Assembly (NCBI GenBank): GCA_030704615.1
Contig: CM060734.1
Span: forward strand, 14,570,001 to 14,634,000
Direction: 5' to 3'
Source: Takakia lepidozioides
Taxonomy: Eukaryota > Plantae > Bryophyta
DNA length: 64,000 bases
Shown: piece by piece, positions 1 to 12,171 of the stretch
Numbering within the stretch: position 1 is the first letter of the stretch
How the letters are laid out: every line of letters starts with the position of its first letter
Position numbers and translations under genes: made by a program
The notes under the pieces: model-generated
Database searches by the model: none
Told to the model about the DNA's origin: nothing
The model's input: only the letters and a program-made list of their open reading frames with translations

Positions 1-470
1 AAGGGCCCTTTATAATGAAAGGGATAAATTCTGCCTAGAGTCCTAGGATGTGAGAATGTGGTGGGGAATTTTGTGGTGTGGGTACATATGCAGCCTGGCA
101 TATGTGTATATTTGATAGGGGTAAAGAGAGCCTTTGCTTTTGGACAACATAAGCATATGCGGGGCATATGCACAAAATTGATTGAGATATAGAGAACCAT
201 TGGATCCCGGGGGGGGAGAGAATGGGTGTGCTAGGTGGTGAATGTTTGATGAGAAGCTTGCAAGAAAGAGGTGAGAGTTAGAACGCAAGCCAGTGGAGAG
301 TAAGATCAATTTGTAGATTCTAGCGTGGGTCGAGGCCTTGTAAGATAATTGTAGAGAAGGGGAGAGTCGAGAAAAGTGAGAACTAGTATGGGGGTGGCAG
401 CCGCACATAGGGTAGGGGCAGGGAGTAGACCTGTGGGAGAGGTCACTAAAGCAGGGCAGGGAAGATTCTG
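1..470 (-). repeat. Degenerate repeat remnant, same family as 32900-33150
   Basis: Reverse complement of 140-210 (ccgggatccaatggttctctatatctcaatcaattttgtgcatatgccccgcatatgc) aligns to ~33015 (ccggacccaatggctctctacaccaaaatcaattctaagcatatgtcccgcatatgc); translations share GxNGSLxxNQFxAYxPHM. Confidence 0.6.
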
Positions 471-520
471 GACGAGTTAGGCCTACATAGCTCCTTTTTG
501 TGGGTGATTCGGTGGTTATT

Positions 521-1200
521 CACTACATGAAAAGGGGGGCCTTTGTGACGCCCACACCACGCCGTAGCGTTAGGAAAACGCCCTTTTCGGGCACGCAGGA
601 GGCGCAAAATTTGTGACGCCCGGCCGTCGCCCTGCAGTCGCAAGGGCGTCGCCAAAATGACATCGCAAAAATGCGACGTATGGGGGTCACGAGCCCCCGC
701 CCCAATTCCCGCGACTGCCAGACGTCGGTTTTTCAGGCTGTCCGCGCCGATGGCAGGAGCCTCTTCGAGCGACGTCTCGCCGTCGTGGCCCTCCAGCCGA
801 CGACGTTGGTGGGGGCGCTGATGCGGCGTCGCAACCTTCTTTTCTTTTTTTTTCTTTTTTTTTCCTACCCTGCCCAAGAGTCAGCCGGGTGGTACGCCAA
901 GCGACTATTGGGCGTGACACAAAATAGCAGGAGACGGTCTCCGCCACGCCCGGGCGTGGGTTATTGCGACGCTCCGGCGTCGCTTTTGTTTTAAATTTAA
1001 TTAAAAAAAAAACGTGGCGCAGGCAGCGTGGCAGTCTCTGCGACGCCAGGGCGTCGCGGCTTGCGACCCCCGGACTAAAAAACACGTCGCAGGGGGTGTC
1101 GGGTGTTGCCACCCGCAAATGGGGTTTGCGACGCTTGACCGTCGCTGCTTGCGACCCCCGCCCAAAAAACACGTCGCCATTGGCGACGTGCTGCAGTCGC
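521..1200. mobile_element. CACTA-like terminus with subterminal repeats
   Basis: Begins CACTACATGAAAAGG at 521, followed by many direct and inverted copies of TGCGACG(C/T)C / GCGTCGCA-like motifs and T-runs, as in En/Spm subterminal regions. No matching right TIR found in the window. Confidence 0.6.
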
Positions 1201-1493
1201 GAGGGCAGCCTGGTGGGGGGGGGGGGGGGGGGGGTTTGGGGGTTCATTTTGGGGGTGAATTGGGGGTGGTTTTTTGTTTTTTTTCCTGGTTTTGTATTTG
1301 GGGATGGGAGAACTTATAGTTCCATTTCTCTGAGTTAGCACGTACACAATTGAGCAAGCATGAATCGAGGGTGAGGACGGTGCGACACATGAATAAGATG
1401 GAAGATGGAAAGATGGAAATATATTTACAAGAAATGAGCTGAAAAGCTCACAAGGGTTCAGTAGACTGACCCTGGGACCTACATGGACTAGGT

Positions 1494-2579
1494 CTAGTCA
1501 TCCTCATCCTCATCCTCAGTGGAGGACTCAGAGCTATCCGATGAGCCTGATGACTCCGCGCCCGTTGCCAGAGCACGTAAATGAGGCGGCGTTCCCCTAA
1601 GTCCCACAGAGCTCTCATCCAATCCCTGGGCATGACCCTTGACCTCATCCATACTAGTGCCCTGTAGTGCACTCATCCCCTCTGTGTTGGCCATGTTCTT
1701 CATGAGGGATTGTCAACCATGCTCCTTGGCGTAGTTGTACTCTATCGGAGATGGCTTCCTCTCAAACGCGCGTTGGTACACATGCCACAAATTAAAGTCA
1801 GTTCTTCGCGATGATGGAGCCAGAAAGAAGACATAACAAAATCCATATGGAAGTACGACTTACAAATCGCAAGATAAAACCCTTGGATCCGCCGGCGCCC
1901 CACTTGTGTGTGGATTCGTGTTTGTCAAGGCGGACTGTTGTTGCTTTGCGTGCCCGGTCACATTTGGCCTTGTTTGCGGCATCAGTCTCCCCCGCAATGA
2001 GTGCATCCCACGATACCTATGCACCCCCCCCAACAATTAGTGAATTACACACATACGTTGCATCGAATCCACCTCATTAATGCACATGCGACAAATGGAA
2101 GGTGACATGATTCTGGATTTGCCAACTTGTGTAATTCCATAAGGTGGTTTGGGTATGGCCCCCTTTTCCATTGCCCTCCAAATGATCTGTCTGGCACGGT
2201 ACCTCCTGTCCTTCAAGTTTCGCCCCACCATCTCCATCACCCTTGTGTCACTCCAATTGCCCGGAAACCGGCGGTCTAACTCATGGGCATATGCCCGCTT
2301 CACACCAAAGTGCTGATCAGCCCTCTCGATGTGCAAAAGGAACCACCTCAATGCGAGTTCGAAGGCTAGCTTCTTCATAGCCTCCCAGAACGCACCGCAG
2401 GGGTCACCATGGCGATTCACCTCCACCGGTGGCACCGCGATCTTTGCCAACTCCACGTCCCGTATCGCCAAGGCCATCCCACCCTCTCCCTTCTTTGTAG
2501 CCTCCTTCCCTTACTCCTTTGTTACCCCATTGCCCTCCCCCGCATGGGGGGGGGGGTGTACCTGCTCGTCGCCGGCCAT
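1494..2579 (-). pseudogene. TnpA/Ptta-En/Spm-like transposon accessory protein, spliced, with premature stops
   Basis: Exon 2579-2127 (GDPCGAFWEAMKK...LDRRFPG...RNLKDRRYRAR), GT-AG intron 2126-2017, exon 2016-1864 (VSWDALI...KAKCDRAR...HKWGAGGSKGF, resembling the W..L..K...R...H..G.GG pattern of Transposase_24), acidic tail ending EDEDEDD. In-frame stop at 2511. Confidence 0.55.
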
Positions 2580-2849
2580 AATGCCTACGACACCTACAAT
2601 ACCCCTCGACCCGAGGTTAGCTATTTCATGAGCATGAGCGGCATGAGCGGCATGAGCGGAGTAGCAAGACAATCGGTTTTCATGAGCAGAAGTACAAATT
2701 TCGAAAATAAAAAACATTTAAAAAACATTAATTTAATGCAATGTGTCAGAAAAATCAAATATATTACTCGGCACCTTGAAGGGAAAATTGTAGTTTTGAG
2801 AGTTGTGCTCATGATATTTCGTCTTCCGCTCATGCCAATTCCCAGCGGC

Positions 2850-3260
2850 ATGTGCAAAAATGGCGCCGAATTTCGCGGTAATAGGGTCCGTAACCGGAAA
2901 GAACCGTGACGTATTTCGCGGTAATAGGTCTCTCTGGCGAAAAATGGTGCCGAATTCCGCGGCTATAGGTCCCCTCAGGATAGGTGTGTAAGCCCAAAAT
3001 TTGGAAATATGGCGCCGAATTTCGGTACATGGTGCCGGGGATTGCACAGATGTTGGGCAGTTATGGGCCATGTAACTGGAAATTCGGCGCCATTTTTCCA
3101 GACATCGTTCCTGAGCATGTTCGAACTTAGCCAGTTTTCGGCCCAAAATAGGGAAATTCGGCGCCATTTTTCCAGACACAGGGGTACCAGTGCATGTTGG
3201 GACTTAGCCAGTTTTCAGCCCAAAATAGAGAAATTCGGCGCCATTTTTCCAGAAATGGCC
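2850..3260. repeat. Array 1 of AATTCGGCGCC-core repeats
   Basis: Repeated aaaatggcgccgaatttc / ggaaattcggcgccatttttccaga and gacttagccagttttc in both orientations, between the transposase 3' end and the TnpA-like gene. Confidence 0.85.
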
Positions 3261-3407
3261 CCACAACTGCTTCTGTTGGATCTCAGTTTGAATGGAATAT
3301 TGCCTCATTCCAGGAGTTTTGGGGTGCATTTCATTACACTGCAAAAAAAAATCTGATACATGAAAATGCAATTGAAAATATCCATATGGAGGATTCCCTT
3401 TGCCCCA

Positions 3408-6400
3408 TCAATGATTTCTGGAATCCCTAAGGAGGAGTTTGTGCAGCTCGTTCACGCTCAACGCCGGTGCATGAATAAAGTCATCAATAGTCACGTTCAT
3501 CCTCAACCTCTTCAGGTAAATGTAATACAGATGCTTGCACGGATAATACTTTGAACCCTTCTTTGCTTCCATCAACGAGAAGTCCGTACAATTGCAAGTC
3601 GGCTCCACTCCAATGGTAATTGTGTATACATCGTTGCGTACAGCCGAGCCGGCTGTTGCCATCCAATAAACACGCCCAAGGCCGGGTGGAGGTACGTCCA
3701 CGGAGCTCTGAATAGTGCAAGCCATCCCAAGAGCATTGGCAATCCGAGTCTCATTCAACTTGTTGGGAGGGTGTCGTCTCTTCACTCTTCCGAATCGCAT
3801 TGTGGGATGTGCAAAATTGTCCAATCCGTCTCTACTGGACCGAGCAGTCTGTAATGGCTGGGTCTGAGGAACTGGAAATGCGTGGGCCGGGACGTCTGTG
3901 CGTTGCACCATTCGAAATCCTGTTGCAGATAGAGCATCCGCCTCATTTTGAGAGAGGCTACAACCCGGTGCAACAGGCCAGACGCCCGGAGGCTCCGGCA
4001 TTCCCTGAATCCCGTACTTGGGCTTGCCAAATACACAGGTCATTATGTCGTGCCTACAGAACCAAAACGTCTGCGTTGTGGCGTGAGCAAATGTGGGAGT
4101 CAAAAATCTGCCACTGAAACAAGGTGCAGGTACAACACCGTGTGGGTTCCTCCGAATCATCTCACCACAGCGTGCTCTCGTATCCACCCGAATGGCGCAA
4201 CACTTCCCTCGAAATGCCGGCAATGTCCTTGCAATTCTCCACTGTGACTCCGACACTCTTGTCTCCACAATGGGTATGTTGTACTGCGTTACTACATATG
4301 GCTTGTTATGTTCCTCGGGCACGTGCCCTGTGCTCAAAGGAGATGGCGATCTTGAACGTGCAGGACTTGCGGTGCTCGACGAGACCTCCTCGGGCAACAT
4401 CACGGGACCACGAGGGAGCGTGCGAATATTCTTGTCAGCTCGCCATGAATCCTCTTCCCCGCCAGGTGCCTCGTCAAGTCTTCGTCTCACTGGACGGGTA
4501 TGAACATCTCCTTCCAAATGTTGGCCTCTTCAAAGCAAGGGCGTGTCCCAAATGCCCTCTCGCAAGGCCGCCGCCCACTTCCGAGGATTCTTTGATCTGG
4601 AGGCAGTCCGCATCAGCATTTCCTGCCTGTCCGGCCCCAAGCCCCACTGTTTCCCTTTCAAGAACTCGTTGTACCTGCATTGCTGCATAATTGACCTCAC
4701 AATGTCCTCCGTTGTGGCAGTGAGGATGTCCACCAGATGCGCCGCAGAGGAGGCACGCCAGGAAGAATGCACTGATTCGGCCATGTTTGTCGTGGGCATG
4801 TCGGTGTCGGAGTCAAGACACATTTCCTGCACAAGCACATGTTGAGGTTACAAGCAAGTTACAAATAATGCCAAGAATAATATTCAACGGGACGCGAATT
4901 CGTGCAACTCACCTCCCGCATATAGTCGCCGAACTGGAGGAAACGATAATGCCACCATGCTAGCCAACTGACCATTGCTCCCTCGTCTGATTTCCTTACA
5001 GCACCTGACGATGTCCACCAAGCCCGTATACATGCAAACTGTGTCTCTGCATCATCCAAGGTGGGAGCGCGCTTCCACGCAAGACACATGGAACGGTGCT
5101 CCTCTCTGAAATCTGGCGCCACGAGCCTGGTTGTGTACTGCGAAAGGCTCTGCAAAAAATGGAACCCACAAGATCTCTCATTGCCTTCCATGGGAACATT
5201 GGGGTCTTGCCCGTACACCCTTCGGATGGCAGCCCAATTTGCTTGTGCGTTGTCCGCCATGAAACCACGGAAATTGGGAGGGGGCAATCCCGCCTTGGCC
5301 ATCTGTTCGTTTATTCCCTGCCAAAGAAGCATCTCCAATTGTGTGTCCTCTCCTTTCATCTCACAAATAGCAATTGTCATTAGCATCCTGCAGTGGGTGT
5401 CGTAGACATGTGCACCCATTGTCAACCACTGGTGATTTGTAATTCGCTTGATATGGTCGAAATGACCCAACTGTTTGACAAGTCCCCACTCGTCATCCTG
5501 TCGACCAGTTCGACGCCGCTGCCAGGTCCACACGTGGACATTTTGAATACAAAACAACGATCTGCCTCAGTCTCTTGTCCTGGAAACCTACTTCCATGAA
5601 TGTAGTCATATCCACATTGTCGCTTCACCTCCAGAATGGAGTGCATATCCGAGCCACGCCCAATTTTCTGTTTGCATGAGACAATGTGGTTTCGGACATT
5701 CGGTGAACAGACGTGGGACACCGACTCCAGCAATGCCTCCATTTCCTTCGCATCGAGAGGAACTTTATCAGAGCCGTCTTCCGACATAATTATGGCCAAT
5801 GCCATCTTATGGGCGGCTTGGAGCTGTATCTGTTTGGGTTTGGCACCCGGTCTCAACTTAACCTCCTCCTGAACGAGCTACTCTGCCTCGTGGGCAGCCT
5901 CCCGCGAGTTCCCCCTCGCCAATTTGTGACAATGGGAACCAATGTGTATGCAAGCTCGGGTGAGGTCAGGGAAACGGTGCAACACATAGAACTGCTTGGC
6001 ATTACAAACAAACATGCAGTGTGGTGGTTCTTTGCAATGCGCACACTTAAATGTGGAGTTCAGAACCTTCTCCTGAGCTCGAAATGGTTGATGAGTTGTG
6101 CCTGTCCAATCGGTCTCGTTCCTGTGACCTCTGGATTTAAAATGGAAGCAAGTTGGGGAGAAACACCGCAACGCCCCCGCACACACAACGTAGCGCACCC
6201 GCACACCATCAAGCATCTTCATGCTGGTGGTTTTGGTGACGCACCAAGGATGACCGTCATGTTTTCTATCCATATCTGTCAACATTCCGGACGCCCTCGA
6301 GTAGTCCGTCCGAGGAGGGAACTCAAAGAAGATATTACCGTCGACGTCTGTGGGAAGGCATGTAACCAATTTAATTGCGAACTTGCTGTAGTCCAGCCCG

Positions 6401-7032
6401 GCCAGCTCCGAGCGGTGTCCATCCATGTGAAGCCCTCGCAGAATTTCAAGAATGGATCGAACTGCGGTGCTCGTGCTGGGAATATGACTCCCTCGTCCAC
6501 TGACGTCCATTGAGGACTTGCCTGATCTCCAGGACGATCTCGGAACTTCCATGACCTCGTCGGAGTCGGACAGGTTGTGAACAACCCGGTTCTCGCTCGT
6601 CTTCATTGATGGGTTGGGCTCTGGATTTACTTCATTGCGGACTTCTCTCTTTGAGGTACCCACTCTCTGATTCGCGGATTGTTTCATGGAAGGCGCCAGG
6701 ATAGAAGGTGCATTTGGTGGGCAAATGAAGTCCCCAACCGCCCTGTATATGACGTTGTCCAATGGTGGAACTCGCCATTCCCTGCCATCGCCGAAATCAT
6801 CGTGGAGCACAACAATACTCTCGACAACAACGTTGTTTGAGTCCTTCCTTTCCTCCTCCAAAAAAACCGACCCCGGTTTCAGGTGGTATCGAACGCATAG
6901 AGATTTCTCCATCACACGGCAGATGTCCCCTCTGCAAGCTCTATGCTTGTGAGGAGGGCAGTACACTATACCGCTCGGGTTTTCCGCCATGGGAGATGTG
7001 CACACAAGACTGCCAGGATGGCGTGCGGGCAA
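3408..7032 (-). pseudogene. Mutator-like DDE transposase with N-terminal GCM/WRKY-like Zn domain and C-terminal SWIM finger (disrupted)
   Basis: DGHPW...CAGALRC...C...CAHC...C...HIGSHCH (GCM-like); FDHIKR, FMADNAQA, CGFH, TTNMAESVH (D-D-CxxH-E pattern); CNCTDF...PCKH (SWIM). Intron 4912-4827 (GT-AG). Frameshifts near 5870 and 5460; in-frame TGA at 4530-4532. Confidence 0.85.
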
Positions 7033-7224
7033 GCTCCCTGGTAGAAGGGGGATGCACCGATGGGAAGGAATGCGGTGCCGATTTGTCCGAGCGACGAAGC
7101 CTCATCCAAATCCAGGGAGCCAACTATCTCAAAAATCCACAGTGAGAGTGTTAATGAACATTGTCTCCGGAATGCGGCCCCTGGTCTTTGCGCAATAACT
7201 GCCAACGGTATGCAGTCAGAAAGT

Positions 7225-8250
7225 GGGGGGCCGCCCGGATGAAGTCGACTCGGGCGGAGAGGCCGGCACCTGTCCGACAGAGAACATCCCCCGGATGGAA
7301 ATTCGGCGCCGAATTTCCATCCGGGCCCCCCCAAAGGAAGTCGTGTCGGGGGGTCAGGCCGAAAAGTGGCCGACATAAAAACCTCCCCGGATGGAAAAAC
7401 GGCGCCAAATTTACATCCGGGGCCGTTCGGATGGAGTCGGCTCGGGGGGAGAGGCCGTCACATTACAACCCCCGGACGGGAATTCGGCACCGAATATCCA
7501 ACAGGGGCCGCCCGGATGAAGTCGCCTCGGGCGGAGAGGCCGGCACCTGTCCGACAGAGAAAATCCACCGGATGGAATTTCGGCGCCGAATTTCCATCCG
7601 GGCCCCCCAAAGGAAGTCGTGTCGGGGGGTCAGGCCGAAAACTGGCCGACATAAAAACCTCCCCGGATGGAAAAACGGCGCCGAATTTACATCGAGGGCC
7701 GTTCGGATGCAGTCGGCTCGGGGGGAGAGGCCGGCACATGGTCGTCACATTACAACCCCCGGACGGGAATTCGGCACCGAATATCCAACAGGGGCCGCCC
7801 GGATGAAGTCGCCTCGGGTGGAGAGGCCGGCACCTGTCCGACAGAGAACATCCCCCGGATGGAAATTCGGCGCCGAATTTCCATCCGGGCCCTCCCAAAG
7901 GAAGTCGTGTCGGGGGGTCAGGCCGATAACTGGCCGACATAAAAACCTCCCCGGGTGGAAAAACGGCGCCGAATTTACATCCGGGGCCGTTCGGATGCAG
8001 TCGGCTCGGGAGGAGAGGCCGGCACCTGGCCGTCACATTACAACCCCCGGACGGAAATTCGGCACCGAATATCCAACAGGGGGCGCCGGAATAAAGTCGA
8101 CTCGGGCGGAGGGGATGGAAAACCGGCGCCGAATTTCCATTCGGCATGTAATCGCGCTCGCGGCTAGATGGAAAACCGGCGCCGAATTTCCATTCGGCAT
8201 TTAATCGCAATCGCGGCCAGATGGAATTTCGGCAACGAATTTCCATGTAG
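7225..8250. repeat. Array 2: ~280-bp higher-order unit x~3.5, each with several GGAAATTCGGCGCCGAATTTCC-type palindromes
   Basis: Units start gggccgcccggatgaagtc near 7229, 7505 and 7792; perfect palindrome ggatggaaattcggcgccgaatttccatcc near 7293 and 7857. Confidence 0.9.
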
Positions 8251-8396
8251 GAACTACGAGGGATGGAAAAGAAGCAAGGAATTTCTCTCAACCAGTCGAG
8301 AATTCCCTGAAAACCGTGTCTAAAACTTAAGGTTGTGTCTTTTTTGACCAAAAAAACAAGCGGCCACGCTCAGAATTACCTGTAGAATTACCTGGC

Positions 8397-8800
8397 GGAT
8401 GGAAATTCGGCGCCGAATTTCCATCCGGCCGCGCCCCAAATTACCTGCAGGATGGAAATTCGGCGCCGTTTTTCCATCCGGCCGCGCCCCGAATTACCTG
8501 CAGGATGGAAATTCGGCGCCGGATTTCCATCCGGCCGCGCCCCGAATTACCTGCAGGATGGAAATTCGGCGTCGTTTTTCCATCCGGCTGCGCTCCGAAT
8601 TACCTGCAGGATGGAAATTCGGCGCCGTTTTTCCATCCGGCCGCGCTCCGAATTACCTCTGGGATGGAAATTCAGCGCCGGATTTCCATCCGGCCGCGCT
8701 CCAAATTGCCTGCAAGATGGAAATTCGGCGCCGTTTTTCCATCCGGCCGCGCTCCGAATTACCTGCAGGATGGAAATGCGGCGCAGGATTTCCATCCGGC
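8397..8800. repeat. Array 3: 53-bp tandem repeat x~8 (30-bp palindrome + ggccgcgc(c/t)ccgaattacctgca)
   Basis: Unit starts at 8397, 8450, 8503, 8556, 8609, 8662, 8715 and 8768. Confidence 0.95.
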
Positions 8801-8904
8801 GTCTCCTAGATGAGAACGGCTCGGGCGGAGGGATGGCCTCGTTGCGTCATACTTCATCCGCTGGATGGAAATTCGGCGCCAATTTTTTCCATCCAGCGGG
8901 CGAT

Positions 8905-10879
8905 TGACGTAGTTGCGCATTAAATGTCCTCCACCGTCGGGCTGGCGACACAAGGATTCCGCGCTTGCTTCCCGGATACGCCTTGGAAACCTGATGCTAA
9001 ATTTGGATGAACTTCTATTCGAGGCATTTACGCACACATATTGTGAGATCTTTTTTCTTTTGCTGGGACTTATGCCGCGTGGAGAAGGGCGTGGCTCTCC
9101 TGAGAGAAACCCCACATCCAGACCGCGGCGGAAGCTGAAGGCTTTGTACTACGGGCGACGTCCAACCTCTCGCATGGCCAAACTTAAGCTCTAGCAGGAA
9201 ATTCCATTGTCTTGCTCACAGCCCGCGCCAACTGAAGCCGAGCACTCTCAGGTTCCGCCCCTTCCTCTTTCGGTTTTCTTCGTTTTTTTAGTTTGTTTTC
9301 ACATCTTCCGCCTGGCAGCCCTGGAAGCGCATGGTTGCATCGCAAAAGCACGAGTTGTCGAGAAGAATGATCAAGGTCAGAGTGGTTAGAAAGGAGCCAG
9401 GTCGTTGCTGCATTCAGATTGCTTGCCAGAACAGGGTGCACACCTCGCTGTAGATAACAGGTTGCATCTCGGAATTAAGGAAATCCATGCTGAGCTGAGA
9501 AGATTGTCTGAGCAGATGAAGTGCCTTCAAAACATTTCATCCCGTCTTATGGAATTCGTGTTCATTTGTTCATCGTGTTTCTGCAAGTTACTGGTTGAGT
9601 GAACCTTAGATAGTTTGCAATGCGTGTGCAAAGCCGGCAGCTCTAGAGAAGGCTGCTTGTGCATGTCATTCTTAGGCATTGGTTCATTGTTGTTCCACGA
9701 TTGTTGCGATGGTGGTTGCGCTGCTCGTGGCGGATGGTGGTTTTCATTCCAATGTTGGTTCTCACGATTTTCGGGAATGACAGAGTGACGACGAGCCCGG
9801 CACGCTAGTGGTATCATCGACAGCTCCAACTCATCGCATGTTTGGATCGCCCAACTTGGGGCGGGAGGGCAAACTAAAACCTTTTGTTGGTGGACGGGAG
9901 GACCTGCAACGAGAGTACGACAGAATAGGCATTGGGGAGGTTGGTGCAGGCGGCATGGCAGGTGAAGGGCGTGAGGACAGCAGATCCGGCAATGGAGGTT
10001 GTTGATGCACATGCAGTAGGGCCCGCCCACGCAAAGAAGAAGAAGAAAGCCAAACACATGCAATCCCCGGCGAGAGAGCCGTCACGGGCTGCGGAGGGGG
10101 GAGTGAGCAGTGCGCGCGAGGGTGTCAGTTCTCCTCAATCAAAGGTGGTCGTCCATCCGGGCTCCCCTGCTGCTAGCCCTAGTAAGAAACAGAAAGCCCG
10201 TGAGAGGGCAAAAGAACAGGCGAGACAGAAGGCTAGCCAGGAGGAAAGAGAAAAGGCCACTGAAGAGGCCAGGGGTGCCGAAATGACAGATGCCCATGTA
10301 AGCGAGGGACGCACAGAGACGGTGGATCCCTCCAAGACACCACAAAGAGGCAGTAACACACCGGTTACACCATCGCGGACAAGAGCAGCCCCCGCAATTA
10401 CTCATACGGTGGAGAGTGGAGGAGAGGAAAGAACACCACAAAGAGCACGGATTGTGCAAGTTCGAGGTGAAGCCGGGGAGATGGCAGTAGAGACGGGGAG
10501 AGTGCTCGAGGTGGTTTCGTCGGTGGTTGACCATGTTGAGGAGGACGACACCGAGCTTTCTGACCAGGATGACATCCTCCCGGACATCCCCAGGCCCCAA
10601 ACCCGCAGCATAAAGGTTGGATTTGGCGGTCCTGGTGGGCTGCCGGAGAACCCCTCTGCAGCAAACGTCATGTCGGAGGCGGATATGAAGTTGGCCGCTG
10701 CCAAGATGTTGGAGGCAACCCACAGCAACATTGGCAGGGTGCTGGGTGGCATGGTGTACCCGGCCAAGCTTCGAATTCCCCTTTGCCGCTTGGTGTCTTT
10801 GCAGGTGGTGATACCTGCCCTCCCAGGCGATATCGACAAGCTGAAATTCTCTTTCCGGGATGGATATCGAATGGGGTCT
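8905..10879 (+). pseudogene. Truncated tandem duplicate of the 5' region of the ParB-like gene
   Basis: Near-identical to 11305-13263; ORF 9932.. matches 12172.. up to FRDGYRMGS, then runs directly into array 4. Confidence 0.9.
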
Positions 10880-11260
10880 GGAAATCCGGCGCCGGATTTC
10901 CATCCATCCGGCTCCGAATTACCTGCATGGCGGAAATTTCGCGCGCCGCCCTACCTGGCAGGATGGAAATCCGGCGCCAGATTTCCATCCATCCGCCTCC
11001 GAATTACCTGCGAGACGGAAATTTCGCGTGACGCCCTACCTGGCAGGATGGAAATTCAGCGCTGAATTTCCATCCTGTTGCTCTCCGAATTACCTGCATG
11101 ACGGAAATTTTGCGCGCCGCCGTACCTGGCGGATGGAAATCCGGCGCCGGATTTCCATCCATCCGCGCTCCGAATTACCTGCTGGATGGAAATCCGGCGC
11201 CGGAATTCTATTCTGCTGCGCTCCGAATTACCTCTACGTTGGAAATTCCGGGCTGAGTTG
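10880..11260. repeat. Array 4: ~83-bp unit with the same palindrome family
   Basis: ggaaatccggcgccggatttccatcc...ccgaattacctgc...ggaaatttcgcgcgccgccctacctggcaggat repeated about 4 times. Confidence 0.9.
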
Positions 11261-12171
11261 CGTCATATTTCATCCGACAGGGAGGGCTTCATCCGACATT
11301 TAATTGCGTAGTTGGGCATTAAATGTCCACCGCCGTCCGTTTTTATTCGGGCTGGCGACACATGGCTTCCTCGATATGTACCCTAAATCTGATGCTAATC
11401 TTGGATTAACTTCTATTCGAGGCATGTACCCCAAAAAACTGAGATCTTTTTCCATTTTGGCTGGGACTTATGCCGCCTGAAGGGCATGGCTCTCCTGAGA
11501 GAGACCTCACATCCAGACCGCGGCGGAAGTTGAAAGCTTTGTACTACGGACGACAGCCAATCTCTCGCATGGCCAAACTTAAGCTTCAGCAGGAGATTCC
11601 AGTGTCTTGCTCACAACCCGCGCCAACTGAAGCCGAGTACTCTCAGGCAAGCCACTTCTGCTTTCGCTTTGTTTGCTTTCGCTTTCGCTTTGTTGTTTCG
11701 CTTTGTTTTTGCATCTTCATCCTGGCATCGCTGGAAGCGTATGGCTGCATCGCAAAAGCAACAGTTGTTGCAAAGAATGATCAAGGTCTGAGTGGTTAAA
11801 AATTAAGGAAATCCATGCTGAGCTGAGAAGATGAAGTGCCTTCAAAACATTTCACCCTGTTTTCCCGTCTTATGGAATTCCTAATCATTTGTTCATCGTG
11901 TTTCATATTACCGGTTGAGTGAACCTTAGATAGTTTGCAATGCGTGTGCAAAGCCGGCAACTCTGGAGAAGGCTGCTTGTGCATATCATTCTTAGGCATT
12001 GGTTGGATTTGTTTTCATTGTTGTTCCATGGCACTCCATACTTCCTAAACTTGTTTTGTTTTCATTGTTGTTCCACGATTGTTGCTATGGTGGTTGCGCT
12101 GCTGGTTTTGGCACCGATGTTGGTTCTGACGATTTTGGGAATGACAGAGTGACGACGAGCCTGGCACGCTG

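Noticed and set aside
7225-8800. CRISPR-like array of palindromic repeats
   Set aside because: Intervening sequences are themselves repeated rather than unique spacers; there are no cas genes; the context is eukaryotic.
7161-8907. ORFs with WKFGAEFPSG / MEIRRRISI repeats (also 10783-11303 and 14738-15560)
   Set aside because: They are translations of palindromic tandem arrays, open on both strands.
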